Assembly: GCA_037445995.1 (NCBI GenBank)
Contig: JBBIJK010000004.1
Location: 30,451-94,450, forward strand
DNA from: Actinomycetota bacterium
GTDB lineage: Bacteria; Actinomycetota; Coriobacteriia; Anaerosomatales; D1FN1-002
Direction of reading: 5' to 3'
Length of the DNA: 64,000 nt
Shown: positions 53,330 through 63,221 of the stretch, one piece after another
How the letters are laid out: every line of letters starts with the position of its first letter
How positions within the stretch are numbered: the first letter of the stretch is position 1
Position numbers and translations under genes: made by a program
Notes under the pieces: generated by a model
What the model saw: the letters and a program-made list of their open reading frames with translations, nothing else
The model's database searches: none
What the model was told of the DNA's origin: nothing

Positions 53330-55570
53330 GTGACAGTGGCCGGGTTCGACGCGCTCCAGCTGGCAGCGGCGGCGCTGCTTGCGGCGAGGCTCGCGGGGCT
53401 GCTCGCATTCATTGCCATGACGGTCAGCCCGGGGGGGCGCCGTCATGTCCCGCTGCTCTTGGGCTGGGGCGTCTACACCGCGTCGCCGGTCGCCGCGCTG
53501 ACCTTAGGGGCGACGAATCCGTGGTTTCCCGCGCTGGCCGCGGCGGGCACGATCGGTGTCGCTATCGCGGCGCTCTCCGCCTTCGACCTGCTGACGACGG
53601 GCCGAGCGGCCGGCCTGATCGGGCTGACCCTCACCGTGAGCGGCGCCGTCGCGATCGCGGCGCCCGGGGCCCTCGGGGCGCTCACGGTGGCGACCCAGGC
53701 AGCGGCGGTCCTTTCCCTCGCCGTGGCGGCCGTGGCATTCGGCTCAAGGCTCCGGGCGCGAACGCCCCGAGGGTATCGGATGCTCGTCCTGCTGGCGCTG
53801 CTCCACGGCGCCTTCCTGTTCGCGCTGCTGCTCGCGCGTCAGCCGCCGAACGCCCTCTCGCTGGTCGGGACGGTCGGCCTGAACGTACTGGCCATCGCGT
53901 TCTTCCTGCGCCTGGAGGAGGACTTCGCGTTGGCGGCCATGCGGCGGGCGGAAGGCCTGGCCGGGGCGATCATCGAGAGCGTCCCGCAGCGCCTCTTCTT
54001 CAAGGACCTGGACGGCGCCTACGGTATCGCCAACCAGCTGTTCGCAAGGGACCTCGGAGTCACCCCGGACTCCCTTGTCGGCAAGAAGTACCCGGCGCTT
54101 GCCCTGCGCGGCCTCGCGAGCTCACTGGAGGACTTCGACGCGCGGGACTGCGGCGCGGAGGGCACGTTGCGCTACGACGTCACCGTCACTGAGGCCGACG
54201 AGCACCAGGTGGTGCAGGTGACGAAGTCGCGGGTCAGGGCGGACGGCGAGGTAATCGGGTTCGTCGGCATGTACGAGGACGTCACCTACGACAGAATGGC
54301 AGAAGGCCTCCTGCGAGAGAGCGAGTCCCGCTTCCGCACGACGTTCGAGACCGCCGGAGCGGGCATCTCGCATGTCTCGCTCGACGGGACCGTCCTGCGA
54401 GCGAACCGCAAGCTCGCCGCGATGCTCGGATACGAGGTCTCCGAGCTGGTGGGGGGACCGGTGTCGAAGTACGTCCACCCCCGGCACGCGAGGGAGGACC
54501 TGGGCCTGACTGGTCGACTGCTCTCCGGCGAACTCAGGGACTTCAGTGGCGAGCGACTCTTCATCCGGAAGGACGGCTCCTCCCTGTGGGTTCTTCTGTG
54601 CGTGGCCCTGGCCCGCGACGTCGCCGGAGCGCCCGCCTACTTCGTCAGGGTGACGGAGGACGTCACGGAGCTCAAGGCGGCCCGCGACGACCTCGCCAGG
54701 AGCAAGGATCTCCTGGAGGTGAGGGTCGAGCAGCGGACGAGGGAGCTTCAGGACGCCGTCGAGGAGGCCCAGTCGCTGTCGGAGGAGCTGGCCGCCACCA
54801 ACGAGGAGCTGACCTCCGCCAACGAGAATCTGACGGTGGCGAACCAGCAGCTGGAAGAGGCGACACGGGTGAAGAGCGCCTTCATGGCCTCGGTCAGTCA
54901 CGAGCTGAGAACCCCGCTGAACTCCATCATCGGGTTCTCCAAGATCCTCCTGGACGGATTGGCGGGGCCACTCAACGACGAGCAATCCAAGCAGATGTCC
55001 ATGGTGCAAAACGCGGCGGTCAGGCAGCTGGAGCTTGTGGACACGCTGCTCGACCTCGAGAAGATCGAGGCGGGCGCCCTTCGGCCTGAGCCGGTCGAGT
55101 TCGACCTTGCTGAGACGGTGCGCGAGGTTGGCGACCTCCTCGCCGGGCAGGCCGCCGACAAGGGGCTGACCTTGACCGTGGAGACCGGGGCCGGGCCCCG
55201 CATGGTATGCACGGACCGCCGCTTCGTCTGGGAGATCGTGCTGAACCTCGCAGCCAACGCAGTGAAGTACACCGACGCGGGTCGCGTCGACATCGCGCTG
55301 CCGTCGCCGAGCGTGCCGGGATGGTTCGCGGTGCGCGTCAGGGACACCGGATGCGGCCTGGACAGTGACGAGATCGCCCGCATCTTCGACCCCTTCTTCC
55401 AGGCGGGCGAGGGCGGCAGGAGGCGGTTGCGGGACAGCATCGGCCTGGGACTCGCCATCGCCTCAGGGCTCGCGGAGGTGATCGGCGGGCGAATCGAGGT
55501 CCACAGCGAGCCGAAAGCGGGAGCCACCTTCACGCTGTTCGCCCCGGCTGAGTGCCCGTCCGCCGACTAG
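53330..55570 (+). CDS. Sensor histidine kinase: ~7-TM N-terminal domain + 2x PAS + coiled coil + HisKA + HATPase_c
   Basis: Polytopic N-terminus, PAS segments, a heptad coiled coil (SEELAATNEELTSANENLTVANQQLEEA), the H-box FMASVSHELRTPLNSI and G-boxes. A TATGAT -10 lies at about 53294-53299. Confidence 0.85.
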   Translation: MTVAGFDALQLAAAALLAARLAGLLAFIAMTVSPGGRRHVPLLLGWGVYTASPVAALTLGATNPWFPALAAAGTIGVAIAALSAFDLLTTGRAAGLIGLTLTVSGAVAIAAPGALGALTVATQAAAVLSLAVAAVAFGSRLRARTPRGYRMLVLLALLHGAFLFALLLARQPPNALSLVGTVGLNVLAIAFFLRLEEDFALAAMRRAEGLAGAIIESVPQRLFFKDLDGAYGIANQLFARDLGVTPDSLVGKKYPALALRGLASSLEDFDARDCGAEGTLRYDVTVTEADEHQVVQVTKSRVRADGEVIGFVGMYEDVTYDRMAEGLLRESESRFRTTFETAGAGISHVSLDGTVLRANRKLAAMLGYEVSELVGGPVSKYVHPRHAREDLGLTGRLLSGELRDFSGERLFIRKDGSSLWVLLCVALARDVAGAPAYFVRVTEDVTELKAARDDLARSKDLLEVRVEQRTRELQDAVEEAQSLSEELAATNEELTSANENLTVANQQLEEATRVKSAFMASVSHELRTPLNSIIGFSKILLDGLAGPLNDEQSKQMSMVQNAAVRQLELVDTLLDLEKIEAGALRPEPVEFDLAETVREVGDLLAGQAADKGLTLTVETGAGPRMVCTDRRFVWEIVLNLAANAVKYTDAGRVDIALPSPSVPGWFAVRVRDTGCGLDSDEIARIFDPFFQAGEGGRRRLRDSIGLGLAIASGLAEVIGGRIEVHSEPKAGATFTLFAPAECPSAD

Positions 55571-55583
55571 CCTCGCGGGTGGG

Positions 55584-56537
55584 CTACTCCTTTTCGTAGG
55601 GCTTGCCGATGGCGGAGGGCGCGATCGCGCGGCCCATCACGCCCGCGAGCACGACCACCGTCAGCACGTAGGGGACCATCGCGAAGATCTGCGGCGGGAT
55701 GTGGACGACCTCGCGCAGTATCTGCAGCTTGATCTGGAGCGCGTCGCCGAAGCCGAACAGGAGCGAGGCGAGGTAGCTGCCAACGGGCGTCCAGCGGCCG
55801 AAGATGTTGGCCGCAAGGGCGATGAAACCCCGTCCGCTGGTCATCCCCTCGGTGAACGACCCCACCTGCTCAAGCACGAGGTTCGCTCCCGCGAGGCCCG
55901 CGAGGGCGCCCGAGAGCATGACCGCGACGTACCTCCCGCGCGCGACGCTCACGCCCACGGTGTCCGCGGCCCTTGGGTGCTCGCCCAGCGCGCGCAGCCT
56001 CAACCCCCACCGGGTGCGGTACATGGCCCACTGCGCCGCCACCGCGGTGGCCACGGCGATGTACACCAGCGGGGTGTGGGACAGGAAGATCGTGTACACC
56101 CAGCGCCACACCTCGCCCAAGGCCCCTTGGGTGGGGCCGAAGAAGGGGAACACCGGCGCAAGCGTGCGCGCGGCGTCGGTGGTGCCCGGATGGCCGTAGA
56201 TAACCTCCATCAGGAAGCCGGTCAACCCCAGCGCCAGTATGTTGATCGCTGTCCCGACCACGACCTGGTCGGCACGAAGGTTTATGGAGGCGAACGCGTG
56301 GACCACCGAGAAGACGGTCCCGACGAGTACGGCCGCGAGCAGTCCGAGCCAGGGGCTCCCGGTCGCCAGCGCGGTCACGGCGCCGGCGAACGCCGCGGCG
56401 AGCATGAGGCCCTCGAGCGCGATGTTGACCACGCCGGATCGCTCGCAGATGGTCCCGCCGATGGCGGCCAGCGCCAGCGGGGTCGCCATCCTCAGGGTGG
56501 AGGCGAACAGGTCCGGGGTCAGGATGTCACCCAGCAC
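55584..56537 (-). CDS. ABC transporter permease (BMP/nucleoside-sugar uptake family)
   Basis: 317 aa, polytopic, in an operon with a BMP lipoprotein and a tandem ATPase. Confidence 0.83.
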   Translation of the reverse strand: MLGDILTPDLFASTLRMATPLALAAIGGTICERSGVVNIALEGLMLAAAFAGAVTALATGSPWLGLLAAVLVGTVFSVVHAFASINLRADQVVVGTAINILALGLTGFLMEVIYGHPGTTDAARTLAPVFPFFGPTQGALGEVWRWVYTIFLSHTPLVYIAVATAVAAQWAMYRTRWGLRLRALGEHPRAADTVGVSVARGRYVAVMLSGALAGLAGANLVLEQVGSFTEGMTSGRGFIALAANIFGRWTPVGSYLASLLFGFGDALQIKLQILREVVHIPPQIFAMVPYVLTVVVLAGVMGRAIAPSAIGKPYEKE

Positions 56538-57627
56538 CGGCCGTCACCTCCTTCTGCCGCCTCTTGACGAACCACGTGACCAGCGCCTCGGCGGCCACGA
56601 CGAAGATGACGATGGCCTGGATGATGAAGATGACCTTATGCGGGACGTCGGCCTCGAGCTGCATCGTGCCCGCGCCGGCCGACAGGGCCCCGAACAGTAT
56701 CGCGGCAGCGATGACACCCAAGGGGTGGTTCTTCGCAAGAAGGGCTACCGCGATCCCGGTGAAGCCGTAGCCGGTGGAGAACTGGTCGAACAGGCGATGA
56801 TGCACGCCGATGACCTCGGACACACCCGCCAGCGCCGCGAAGGCGCCGGCGATGCACAGCGCGCGCACCGTCGTCCAGGGCACCGATATCCCGGCGTTCT
56901 CGGACGCAGAGGGGTTGAACCCCACCGCGCGGACCTCGTATCCCAGCGTCGTGTACTTGAGCGCCCACCACGCGACGATGGCGAGCGCGACCGCGAGCGC
57001 GAAACCGAAGTGCGCGCGGCTTGGCGGCAGGAACGTCAGCACCTCGTGGAAGCGCGGCAGCATCGACTCGGGCGGGATGGCGTCGGTCTGCGGTATCTGG
57101 CCAGGCGCCTTGAGCGGGCCCGCTATCAGGGCGGAGACGAAGAAGCGGCCGATGTAGGTGAACATCATCGTGGTGATGACCTCGTGGGCGCCCACCTTGG
57201 CCTTGAGTATGGCAGGGACGAACGCCCAGGCCGCTCCTGCGAACGCGCCGGCGACGAGGATGGCCGGGAGGTTCACGTACCAGGGGAGACCGGCCAGCGC
57301 GACCCCCACCCATGCCGCGGCCAGCCCGCCGAGGAACAGCTGCCCCTCGGCGCCGATGTTGAACAGGCCCGCCCGGAACGCCCACGCAACCGACAGGCCG
57401 GCGAAGAGCAGCGGGGTGGCTCGCAGAAGGGTCTCGCCGATCTGGCGTGGACCTCCGAACGCCCCCTTGAACAGCGCGGCGAACGCCGCCACCGGGTCGT
57501 AGCCGCTCGCCGCGATGATCACCGACCCGATCGCCACCGCGACCAGCACTGACGCGACGGGGACGCCTCCAGTGCGTGCGGCGGTCATCCACCACTTGGC
57601 CTGAGTAGCCGCGCCGGGCCCGCTCAT
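56527..57627 (-). CDS. ABC transporter permease (BMP/nucleoside-sugar uptake family)
   Basis: 366 aa, polytopic. Overlaps both neighbours. Confidence 0.83.
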   Translation of the reverse strand: MSGPGAATQAKWWMTAARTGGVPVASVLVAVAIGSVIIAASGYDPVAAFAALFKGAFGGPRQIGETLLRATPLLFAGLSVAWAFRAGLFNIGAEGQLFLGGLAAAWVGVALAGLPWYVNLPAILVAGAFAGAAWAFVPAILKAKVGAHEVITTMMFTYIGRFFVSALIAGPLKAPGQIPQTDAIPPESMLPRFHEVLTFLPPSRAHFGFALAVALAIVAWWALKYTTLGYEVRAVGFNPSASENAGISVPWTTVRALCIAGAFAALAGVSEVIGVHHRLFDQFSTGYGFTGIAVALLAKNHPLGVIAAAILFGALSAGAGTMQLEADVPHKVIFIIQAIVIFVVAAEALVTWFVKRRQKEVTAGAG

Positions 57628-59246
57628 CGCGAACCGCCGCCGCTCGTCGGCGCCGCGCCGCCGGCGTCTCCCCCGGCGCCGGTCATGTACAGCCCGAGGG
57701 TCTGCTCGTCGGCCTCCCCGGCGGCGAACTCCTTGACGACCCTGCCCTCATACAGCACCAGGATCCGGTCGCCGAGCGCGAGCACCTCCTCGAGCTCGAA
57801 ACTCACCAGGAGGACCGCCTTGCCAGCATCCCGCTCGGCGATGACGCGGCGATGCACGAATTCGATGGCGCCCACGTCCAGCCCTCGTGTCGGCTGGGCC
57901 GCGACGAGGAGCTCAGGATCCCGGCCGAGCTCCCTGGCGAGCACCAGCTTCTGCTGGTTGCCACCCGAGAGGTTGCCCGCCGCGATACGCTCGGACGGTG
58001 TCCGGACGTCGTACTCCTTGATGCGCTCGCGGGCCACCCTGCCGATGGCCTCGGTATCGAGCACGCCCAACCTCGCGTAAGGTGGGCCGGTGTGGTCGCC
58101 CAGCACCACGTTCTCCGCGAGGTCGAACTCGAGGACGAGCCCGCGGCGGTGCCGGTCCTCGGGGACGTGGCTGACGCCAGCGGCGATGGAATCGCGTGGC
58201 GGAGCGTTGGTCATGTCCCGCCCTCCGATCATGACGCGCCCGGAGGACGGCCGCCTGAGCCCGACGATGGCCTCGACCAGCTCGCGCTGGCCGTTGCCGT
58301 CCACGCCCGCGACGGCCACGACCTCGCCCCCGCGGACCTCCATAGACAGACCCCTGACCGCCTCGAGTCCGCGATCGCCGCGCACCCGCAACTCCTCCAC
58401 TCGCAGCACGACGTCCGCCGGGGAGGCCTTGGCCTTCTCGACGGTGAGCGAGACGTCGCGGCCCACCATCATCTTGGCGAGTCCCAGGCGGTCCACCTCG
58501 GACGGAGTGGTCTGGCCGACAAGGTGGCCGTCCCGCATGACCGCGATGCGGTCCGCGACGGCGAGCACCTCCTCGAGTTTGTGCGTGATGAACACCACCG
58601 CCAGACCCTCGGCGACCAGGGAGCGCACCACCCCGAAGAGCTCGCGCACCTCCTGCGGGGTGAGGACGGCTGTGGGTTCGTCCAGGATCAGGATGCGGGC
58701 GCCCTGATAAAGCGCCTTGAGGATCTCGACCCGCTGCTGCATCCCGACCGAAAGGTCCTCGATGCGAGCGTCCGGGTCGATCCTCAGGCGGTAACGCTCC
58801 GAGATAGCCTGGACCGCGGCCCTCGCACCGGCCAGGTCGATCACACCGCCCCTGCCGGGCTCGCGACCCAGGATGATGTTCTCGGTGACGGTCAAAGGCT
58901 CCACCAGCATGAAGTGCTGGTGGACCATCCCGATCCCAAGGTCGATGGCGTGTCGCGGAGCCCTGATGCGCGCACGAGCGCCGTCCACGAGCACCTCGCC
59001 GGCGTCGGCCGAGAGGAGACCGTAGACCACGTTCATCAGCGTCGACTTGCCCGCTCCGTTCTCACCCAGGAGCGCGAGGATCTCTCCGGAGCGCAACTTG
59101 AGCGAGACGTCGTCGTTCGCAACCACCCCGGGGAAGACCTTGCGGATGCCTCGCAGCTCCAGCACGGGCGCCGCGAGGTCGCCGCCCGAAGCGAAGGGGC
59201 GGCCGTCGCCGACCGCCCCCCGCTCTTCGGATACCCTACGCGTCAC
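57624..59246 (-). CDS. ABC transporter ATP-binding protein with duplicated ATPase domains
   Basis: Walker A GENGAGKST, signature LSVGMQQRV, Walker B ILILDEPTAVL, and a second degenerate NBD (LSGGNQQKL...LLVAAQPTRGLD). GTG 59246 lies just after the lipoprotein gene stop. Confidence 0.87.
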   Translation of the reverse strand: MTRRVSEERGAVGDGRPFASGGDLAAPVLELRGIRKVFPGVVANDDVSLKLRSGEILALLGENGAGKSTLMNVVYGLLSADAGEVLVDGARARIRAPRHAIDLGIGMVHQHFMLVEPLTVTENIILGREPGRGGVIDLAGARAAVQAISERYRLRIDPDARIEDLSVGMQQRVEILKALYQGARILILDEPTAVLTPQEVRELFGVVRSLVAEGLAVVFITHKLEEVLAVADRIAVMRDGHLVGQTTPSEVDRLGLAKMMVGRDVSLTVEKAKASPADVVLRVEELRVRGDRGLEAVRGLSMEVRGGEVVAVAGVDGNGQRELVEAIVGLRRPSSGRVMIGGRDMTNAPPRDSIAAGVSHVPEDRHRRGLVLEFDLAENVVLGDHTGPPYARLGVLDTEAIGRVARERIKEYDVRTPSERIAAGNLSGGNQQKLVLARELGRDPELLVAAQPTRGLDVGAIEFVHRRVIAERDAGKAVLLVSFELEEVLALGDRILVLYEGRVVKEFAAGEADEQTLGLYMTGAGGDAGGAAPTSGGGSR

Positions 59247-59250
59247 GTCT

Positions 59251-60321
59251 CTACTTCGCGCGCGTCGCGGAAACCACGACCGTCCCCGCCTTGATGTCCG
59301 CCGTGGCCTTGGCCACCGCGTCCTTGATGGCCTGCGGCACCTTGCTCTCGAAGTCGTGCCACGGTGCGAGACCAACGCCGTCCTCGGCCAGACCGTAGGT
59401 CTTGAGCGTCCCGCCGGGGAAACTGCCCTCGACCGCGAGACGGACGATGTCGTAGACAGCGTTGTCCACGCGCTTGACGGCCGAGGTCAGCATGACGTCG
59501 CCGGAGCCCGGCACCGTCTCGTACTGGTCGGCGTCGACGCCGATGAACAGCGCGCCCTTCTCCTGGCACGCCTTGATCGAGCCCAGGCCGGTCTGGCCGG
59601 CGGCGGCGAAGACGACGTCCGCACCCTGGTCGATCATGGACAGGGCGAGTTCCTTGCCCTTGGCCTGGTCATCGAACTTGTTGGCGTACAGGATGATGAC
59701 CTTGGCGTCGGGGTTGACGGCCTTGACGCCCTCGACGAACCCGACCTCGAAGCGCTCCACCGGCGGGATGTCCATTCCGCCGACGAACCCGACCACGTTC
59801 TTGTCGTTGATGCGGGAGTCGAGCGTCTTGTCCTTGGTCGCCAGCCCCGCCACGACACCTGCGAGGTAAGCGGCCTCCTGCTCCTTGAACAGGATGCCCG
59901 CCACGTTCGCCGGCACCGGGTCGAAGAACTGGTCGATGCCGCCGAAGCCGACGTCAGCGTAGGTCGGCGCGACCTTGCCCACGACGTCCTGCATCAGGAA
60001 CCCGACGGCGAATATCGGGTTGAACCCGGCGTTGACCAGCTGGTCGATGTTGGACTCGTAGTCGGTCGGGTCCTTCGACTCGATGACCTCGATCTCGACG
60101 CCGAAGTCGGCCTTGGCCCTTTCGAGGCCGGCGTACGACAGGTCGTTGAACGACTTGTCGCCAAGGCCGCCGATGTCAGTGACCATCGCCGCCTTCACGT
60201 CGCTCTTCTTGGGCTCCTCTACGGGCTTCTCAGCCTCCTTGGGCGCGCAGCCGGCCCCGAAGGGCAGCGCCAGCGCGACCACGAGGAGCGCGACCAACAG
60301 TGCAGTCACCCTACGGTCCAC
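59251..60321 (-). CDS. BMP-family (PnrA/Med-like) ABC substrate-binding lipoprotein
   Basis: Signal peptide with lipobox ...LPFGAGC. ...VTDIGGLGDKSFND... is typical of the BMP family. GTG start after AGGAGG. Confidence 0.87.
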   Translation of the reverse strand: MDRRVTALLVALLVVALALPFGAGCAPKEAEKPVEEPKKSDVKAAMVTDIGGLGDKSFNDLSYAGLERAKADFGVEIEVIESKDPTDYESNIDQLVNAGFNPIFAVGFLMQDVVGKVAPTYADVGFGGIDQFFDPVPANVAGILFKEQEAAYLAGVVAGLATKDKTLDSRINDKNVVGFVGGMDIPPVERFEVGFVEGVKAVNPDAKVIILYANKFDDQAKGKELALSMIDQGADVVFAAAGQTGLGSIKACQEKGALFIGVDADQYETVPGSGDVMLTSAVKRVDNAVYDIVRLAVEGSFPGGTLKTYGLAEDGVGLAPWHDFESKVPQAIKDAVAKATADIKAGTVVVSATRAK

Positions 60322-60335
60322 GCGATCATCCTCCT

Positions 60336-60369
60336 ATTCATGGAAGAGCGTTTCCGATGCACCATGAAT
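60336..60369 (-). promoter_or_regulatory. Perfect 8-bp inverted repeat (ATTCATGG-N18-CCATGAAT) abutting the SD of the BMP transporter operon
   Basis: Read directly from the sequence. It lies in a locally AT-richer patch, and the proximal arm ends 1 nt before AGGAGG (60330-60335). Confidence 0.4.
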
Positions 60370-60419
60370 GTACCGCATCCGACGCCGCACTTCACCTGCC
60401 GTTTGCGGGTTGAGCGCGT

Positions 60420-60902
60420 TCAGGGACCCTGGCGCTCCAGAAGACGGGCGAGGGCCTCGCTGAACCGCTCGCGATCGTCCTCGTCGAAGACCCTGGGGCC
60501 CCCTGTTCTGCCCCCGGAGCGCCTGTGCTTCGCCTCGGCATGCCTGACTTCGAGCTCGATGTCGATGGTCTCCCTGGAGAAGACCCGGCCACGCACGCTC
60601 AGGGCGCTGGCCCCGCGACCCAACGCCATGGCCGCGAGCCCGATGTCCTGGGTCACCACGACGTCCTGCGGCTGCAGGCGCTCGACGATCGCGAAGTCCG
60701 CGGCGTCGCGACCGCTGGAGACGGCGACCGCCTCGACCCCGGACCTGCCGGTGAACCGCGCAAGGTTCTGCGTCGTGTTGCCTACCAGGACCACGCCGGC
60801 GCCGCGCGAACGGGCCACCGAGATCGCCTCTCGCGTCACCGGGCATGCGTCGGCGTCGACAAAGACGGTGGTCCCGCGAAGGCTCCTGTCCGCAGCGCAC
60901 AT
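60420..60902 (-). CDS. YaiI/YqxD family protein (DUF188)
   Basis: ...VFVDADACPV... and ...VVVTQDIGLAA... motifs, 160 aa. Confidence 0.8.
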   Translation of the reverse strand: MCAADRSLRGTTVFVDADACPVTREAISVARSRGAGVVLVGNTTQNLARFTGRSGVEAVAVSSGRDAADFAIVERLQPQDVVVTQDIGLAAMALGRGASALSVRGRVFSRETIDIELEVRHAEAKHRRSGGRTGGPRVFDEDDRERFSEALARLLERQGP

Positions 60903-61049
60903 GCACCGAGTCTAGCATCGCGGCAGGAACTCCCATCTGCGCGCCAGTATGGATATACTCACTGCACGGGCGGGGACGACCCGTCATCCGCCTCGGCACT
61001 TGGGGAGGTCGTGGAGGAGCTCTCGGGCGACGGCGCCGAGGCGCTGACG

Positions 61050-63221
61050 ATGGGCCGCGTCAGGCGCTGGTCCTGGGTCGGGCTGCCCTTGCTGGGGCTT
61101 GTGTTCCTCTCCGCTGGCCGCAGCCCGCTCCCGTTTGACGCGAGCACCCTCATCGAGCGCTCCGCGTATGCGCTGCCCGTGGCGCTGACCGTGGTCCTCG
61201 GCCTGGTGGCCGCTTCCCGCTCGGGGGATGTCGAACGCAGGTTCTGGCGGTTCCTCGCGCTGGCCAACGCCGCACTCCTGGCCTGCGAGATCCTGCTTGT
61301 GTGGTGGCTACTGGCGCTGGATCCCAACGGGCCCCCTCGAATCTCCTGGCCGTTCCAGTCCCTGCACCTGGTCGCGGTCATCTCGCTCGCGGGGGTGCTG
61401 TGGTCCATGTCGCGGCTGACGATCGCTGCGGCCACGACCAGGGCGCGATACCTGCTGGACGTGGGCGCGCTCTCGCTGTTGGCGTACGCGGCCGCGCTCA
61501 CCCTGCACGTCAGGCCGCTCATGGAACCCGCCGGAGCGCCGATGTCGCACGTCTTGGCCGGGGCCGGCTACCCGGTGGCCGGGTCGCTGATGCTCGCTGG
61601 CGCCGTGGCGAACGTCGCGGGGCTCAAGCTCGCGAAGTGGCGCTCGTGGGAACGGCTGGTGGTCGTGTCGCTGACCGTCTACGTCGTCGGGATGCTCCTG
61701 TGGCCGTCATGGTACGCGGGAGCGCAGCAGACCTCTCGCACCGATGAACGCGGGCTGCTCGACCTCGTCCAGCTCACGGGGCACTACCTTCTGATGATGG
61801 CGGCCGTCTACCGAGTCACCGAGGGCAGAGGGCTGGTCCGCAGGCCACTGCCGCCGACCACCAAGGCACGCGGCCGACTCGCCGCGGCAGCGGTACCCCT
61901 GCTCGCCTTGAGCGCAGCCGCTGCCTTGACGGTGGTCGCCCTCAGCTCCGAGGGCCCCTGGGCCTGGGCGTACGGCGGAATCGCGGCCGCGCTGGCGGTC
62001 CTTCTGGGGGTCCGGGGCGTCCTGCAAAGCCTGGAGCACGGGGTCCTGTTCCATCGCTCGCTCACCGACCCCCTCACCGGACTGTATAATCACCGGTTCT
62101 TCCATGACCGGCTGGCCGAGGAGCTGGAAGCCGCGAGCGCGGCCGGAGAGCCTCTCTCGCTCCTGCTGCTCGACGTCGACGACTTCGCCGCCGTCAACGC
62201 GCGAGAGGGCCGCGCGGCTGGCGAGCGGACGCTCGCGGCACTGGCCGACCGCTTGCGGACCGGGGCGGGCGCCGACGCCATCATCGCCCGCCTGGGAGGA
62301 GACGAGTTCGCGATCGTGCTCCCCGCGACCGCCGCCCCCGAGGCGGAAGCCGAGGCGCAGCGGCTGGCGGACCGGGTAGCGGTCGCAAGTGCCAGCGATC
62401 CCAACCGCCTGACGCTGTCGGTGGGCGTGGCCGCGTTCCCCGAGCACGCTGGGGGGGCCGACGAGCTGTTCCTGCTGGCCGAGTGCGCGCTGACGTCGGC
62501 CAAGGAGCGCGGCAAGGACCGCGTAAGCACCTTCGACCCGGACCGGATGCCTGCCGTGACCGGTCGCGAGCGGGCTCGACAGCTCGAGAAGCAGGTGCGG
62601 CTCTCCTCGATCAGGGCGCTGGCCGCCGCGGTCGACGCCCGCGATCCCGAGACGCGGGACCACTCCCGCTCGGTGGCGCGGCTGGCCGAGCAGTTCGCGC
62701 CCATCGCGGGCCTCGACGAGGAGAGGGCCGGTCTGCTCGCCACGGCTGCCCTCCTTCACGACGTGGGCAAGATCGGTGTCCCCGACGAGCTTCTTCGCAA
62801 GAGCCGTCCCCTGACGGCAGAGGAGTTCCGCCGTGTAGCGCAGCATCCGGTGCTCGGGCAGCAGATCCTGTCCGCCGCCGACCTCGGGGAGATCCTGGCG
62901 TGGGTGCGCTCCCATCACGAGCGCTGGGACGGTTCGGGCTACCCCGACGGCCTTGCGGGCGAGGAGATACCGCCCGAATCGCGGATCCTCGCCCTGTGCG
63001 ACTCGTTCGACGCGATGACCTCCGACCGGCCCTACCGGCGCGCAATGTCCGATGAGGCGGCGCTCCTCGAGATCGATCACTGCATGGGCTCGCAGTTCGA
63101 CCCGCACTTGGGCGACCTGTTCATCCGGGCGGTGTGCGAGGGGCGCGTGACCGCCGTCGGCGAGACGCCGGTTCCGGCGGGCGGCCCGCAGACGCTCCCT
63201 CTCGAGCCCTCGAACGCCTAG
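61050..63221 (+). CDS. Multi-TM sensor + GGDEF diguanylate cyclase + HD-GYP phosphodiesterase (tandem c-di-GMP turnover domains)
   Basis: About 10 TM helices, GGDEF with intact RLGGDEFAIVL, HD-GYP with LLHDVGKIGV and HHERWDGSGYP. ATG 61050 is chosen; the ORF-track start 60525 lies antisense to the YaiI gene. Confidence 0.85.
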   Translation: MGRVRRWSWVGLPLLGLVFLSAGRSPLPFDASTLIERSAYALPVALTVVLGLVAASRSGDVERRFWRFLALANAALLACEILLVWWLLALDPNGPPRISWPFQSLHLVAVISLAGVLWSMSRLTIAAATTRARYLLDVGALSLLAYAAALTLHVRPLMEPAGAPMSHVLAGAGYPVAGSLMLAGAVANVAGLKLAKWRSWERLVVVSLTVYVVGMLLWPSWYAGAQQTSRTDERGLLDLVQLTGHYLLMMAAVYRVTEGRGLVRRPLPPTTKARGRLAAAAVPLLALSAAAALTVVALSSEGPWAWAYGGIAAALAVLLGVRGVLQSLEHGVLFHRSLTDPLTGLYNHRFFHDRLAEELEAASAAGEPLSLLLLDVDDFAAVNAREGRAAGERTLAALADRLRTGAGADAIIARLGGDEFAIVLPATAAPEAEAEAQRLADRVAVASASDPNRLTLSVGVAAFPEHAGGADELFLLAECALTSAKERGKDRVSTFDPDRMPAVTGRERARQLEKQVRLSSIRALAAAVDARDPETRDHSRSVARLAEQFAPIAGLDEERAGLLATAALLHDVGKIGVPDELLRKSRPLTAEEFRRVAQHPVLGQQILSAADLGEILAWVRSHHERWDGSGYPDGLAGEEIPPESRILALCDSFDAMTSDRPYRRAMSDEAALLEIDHCMGSQFDPHLGDLFIRAVCEGRVTAVGETPVPAGGPQTLPLEPSNA

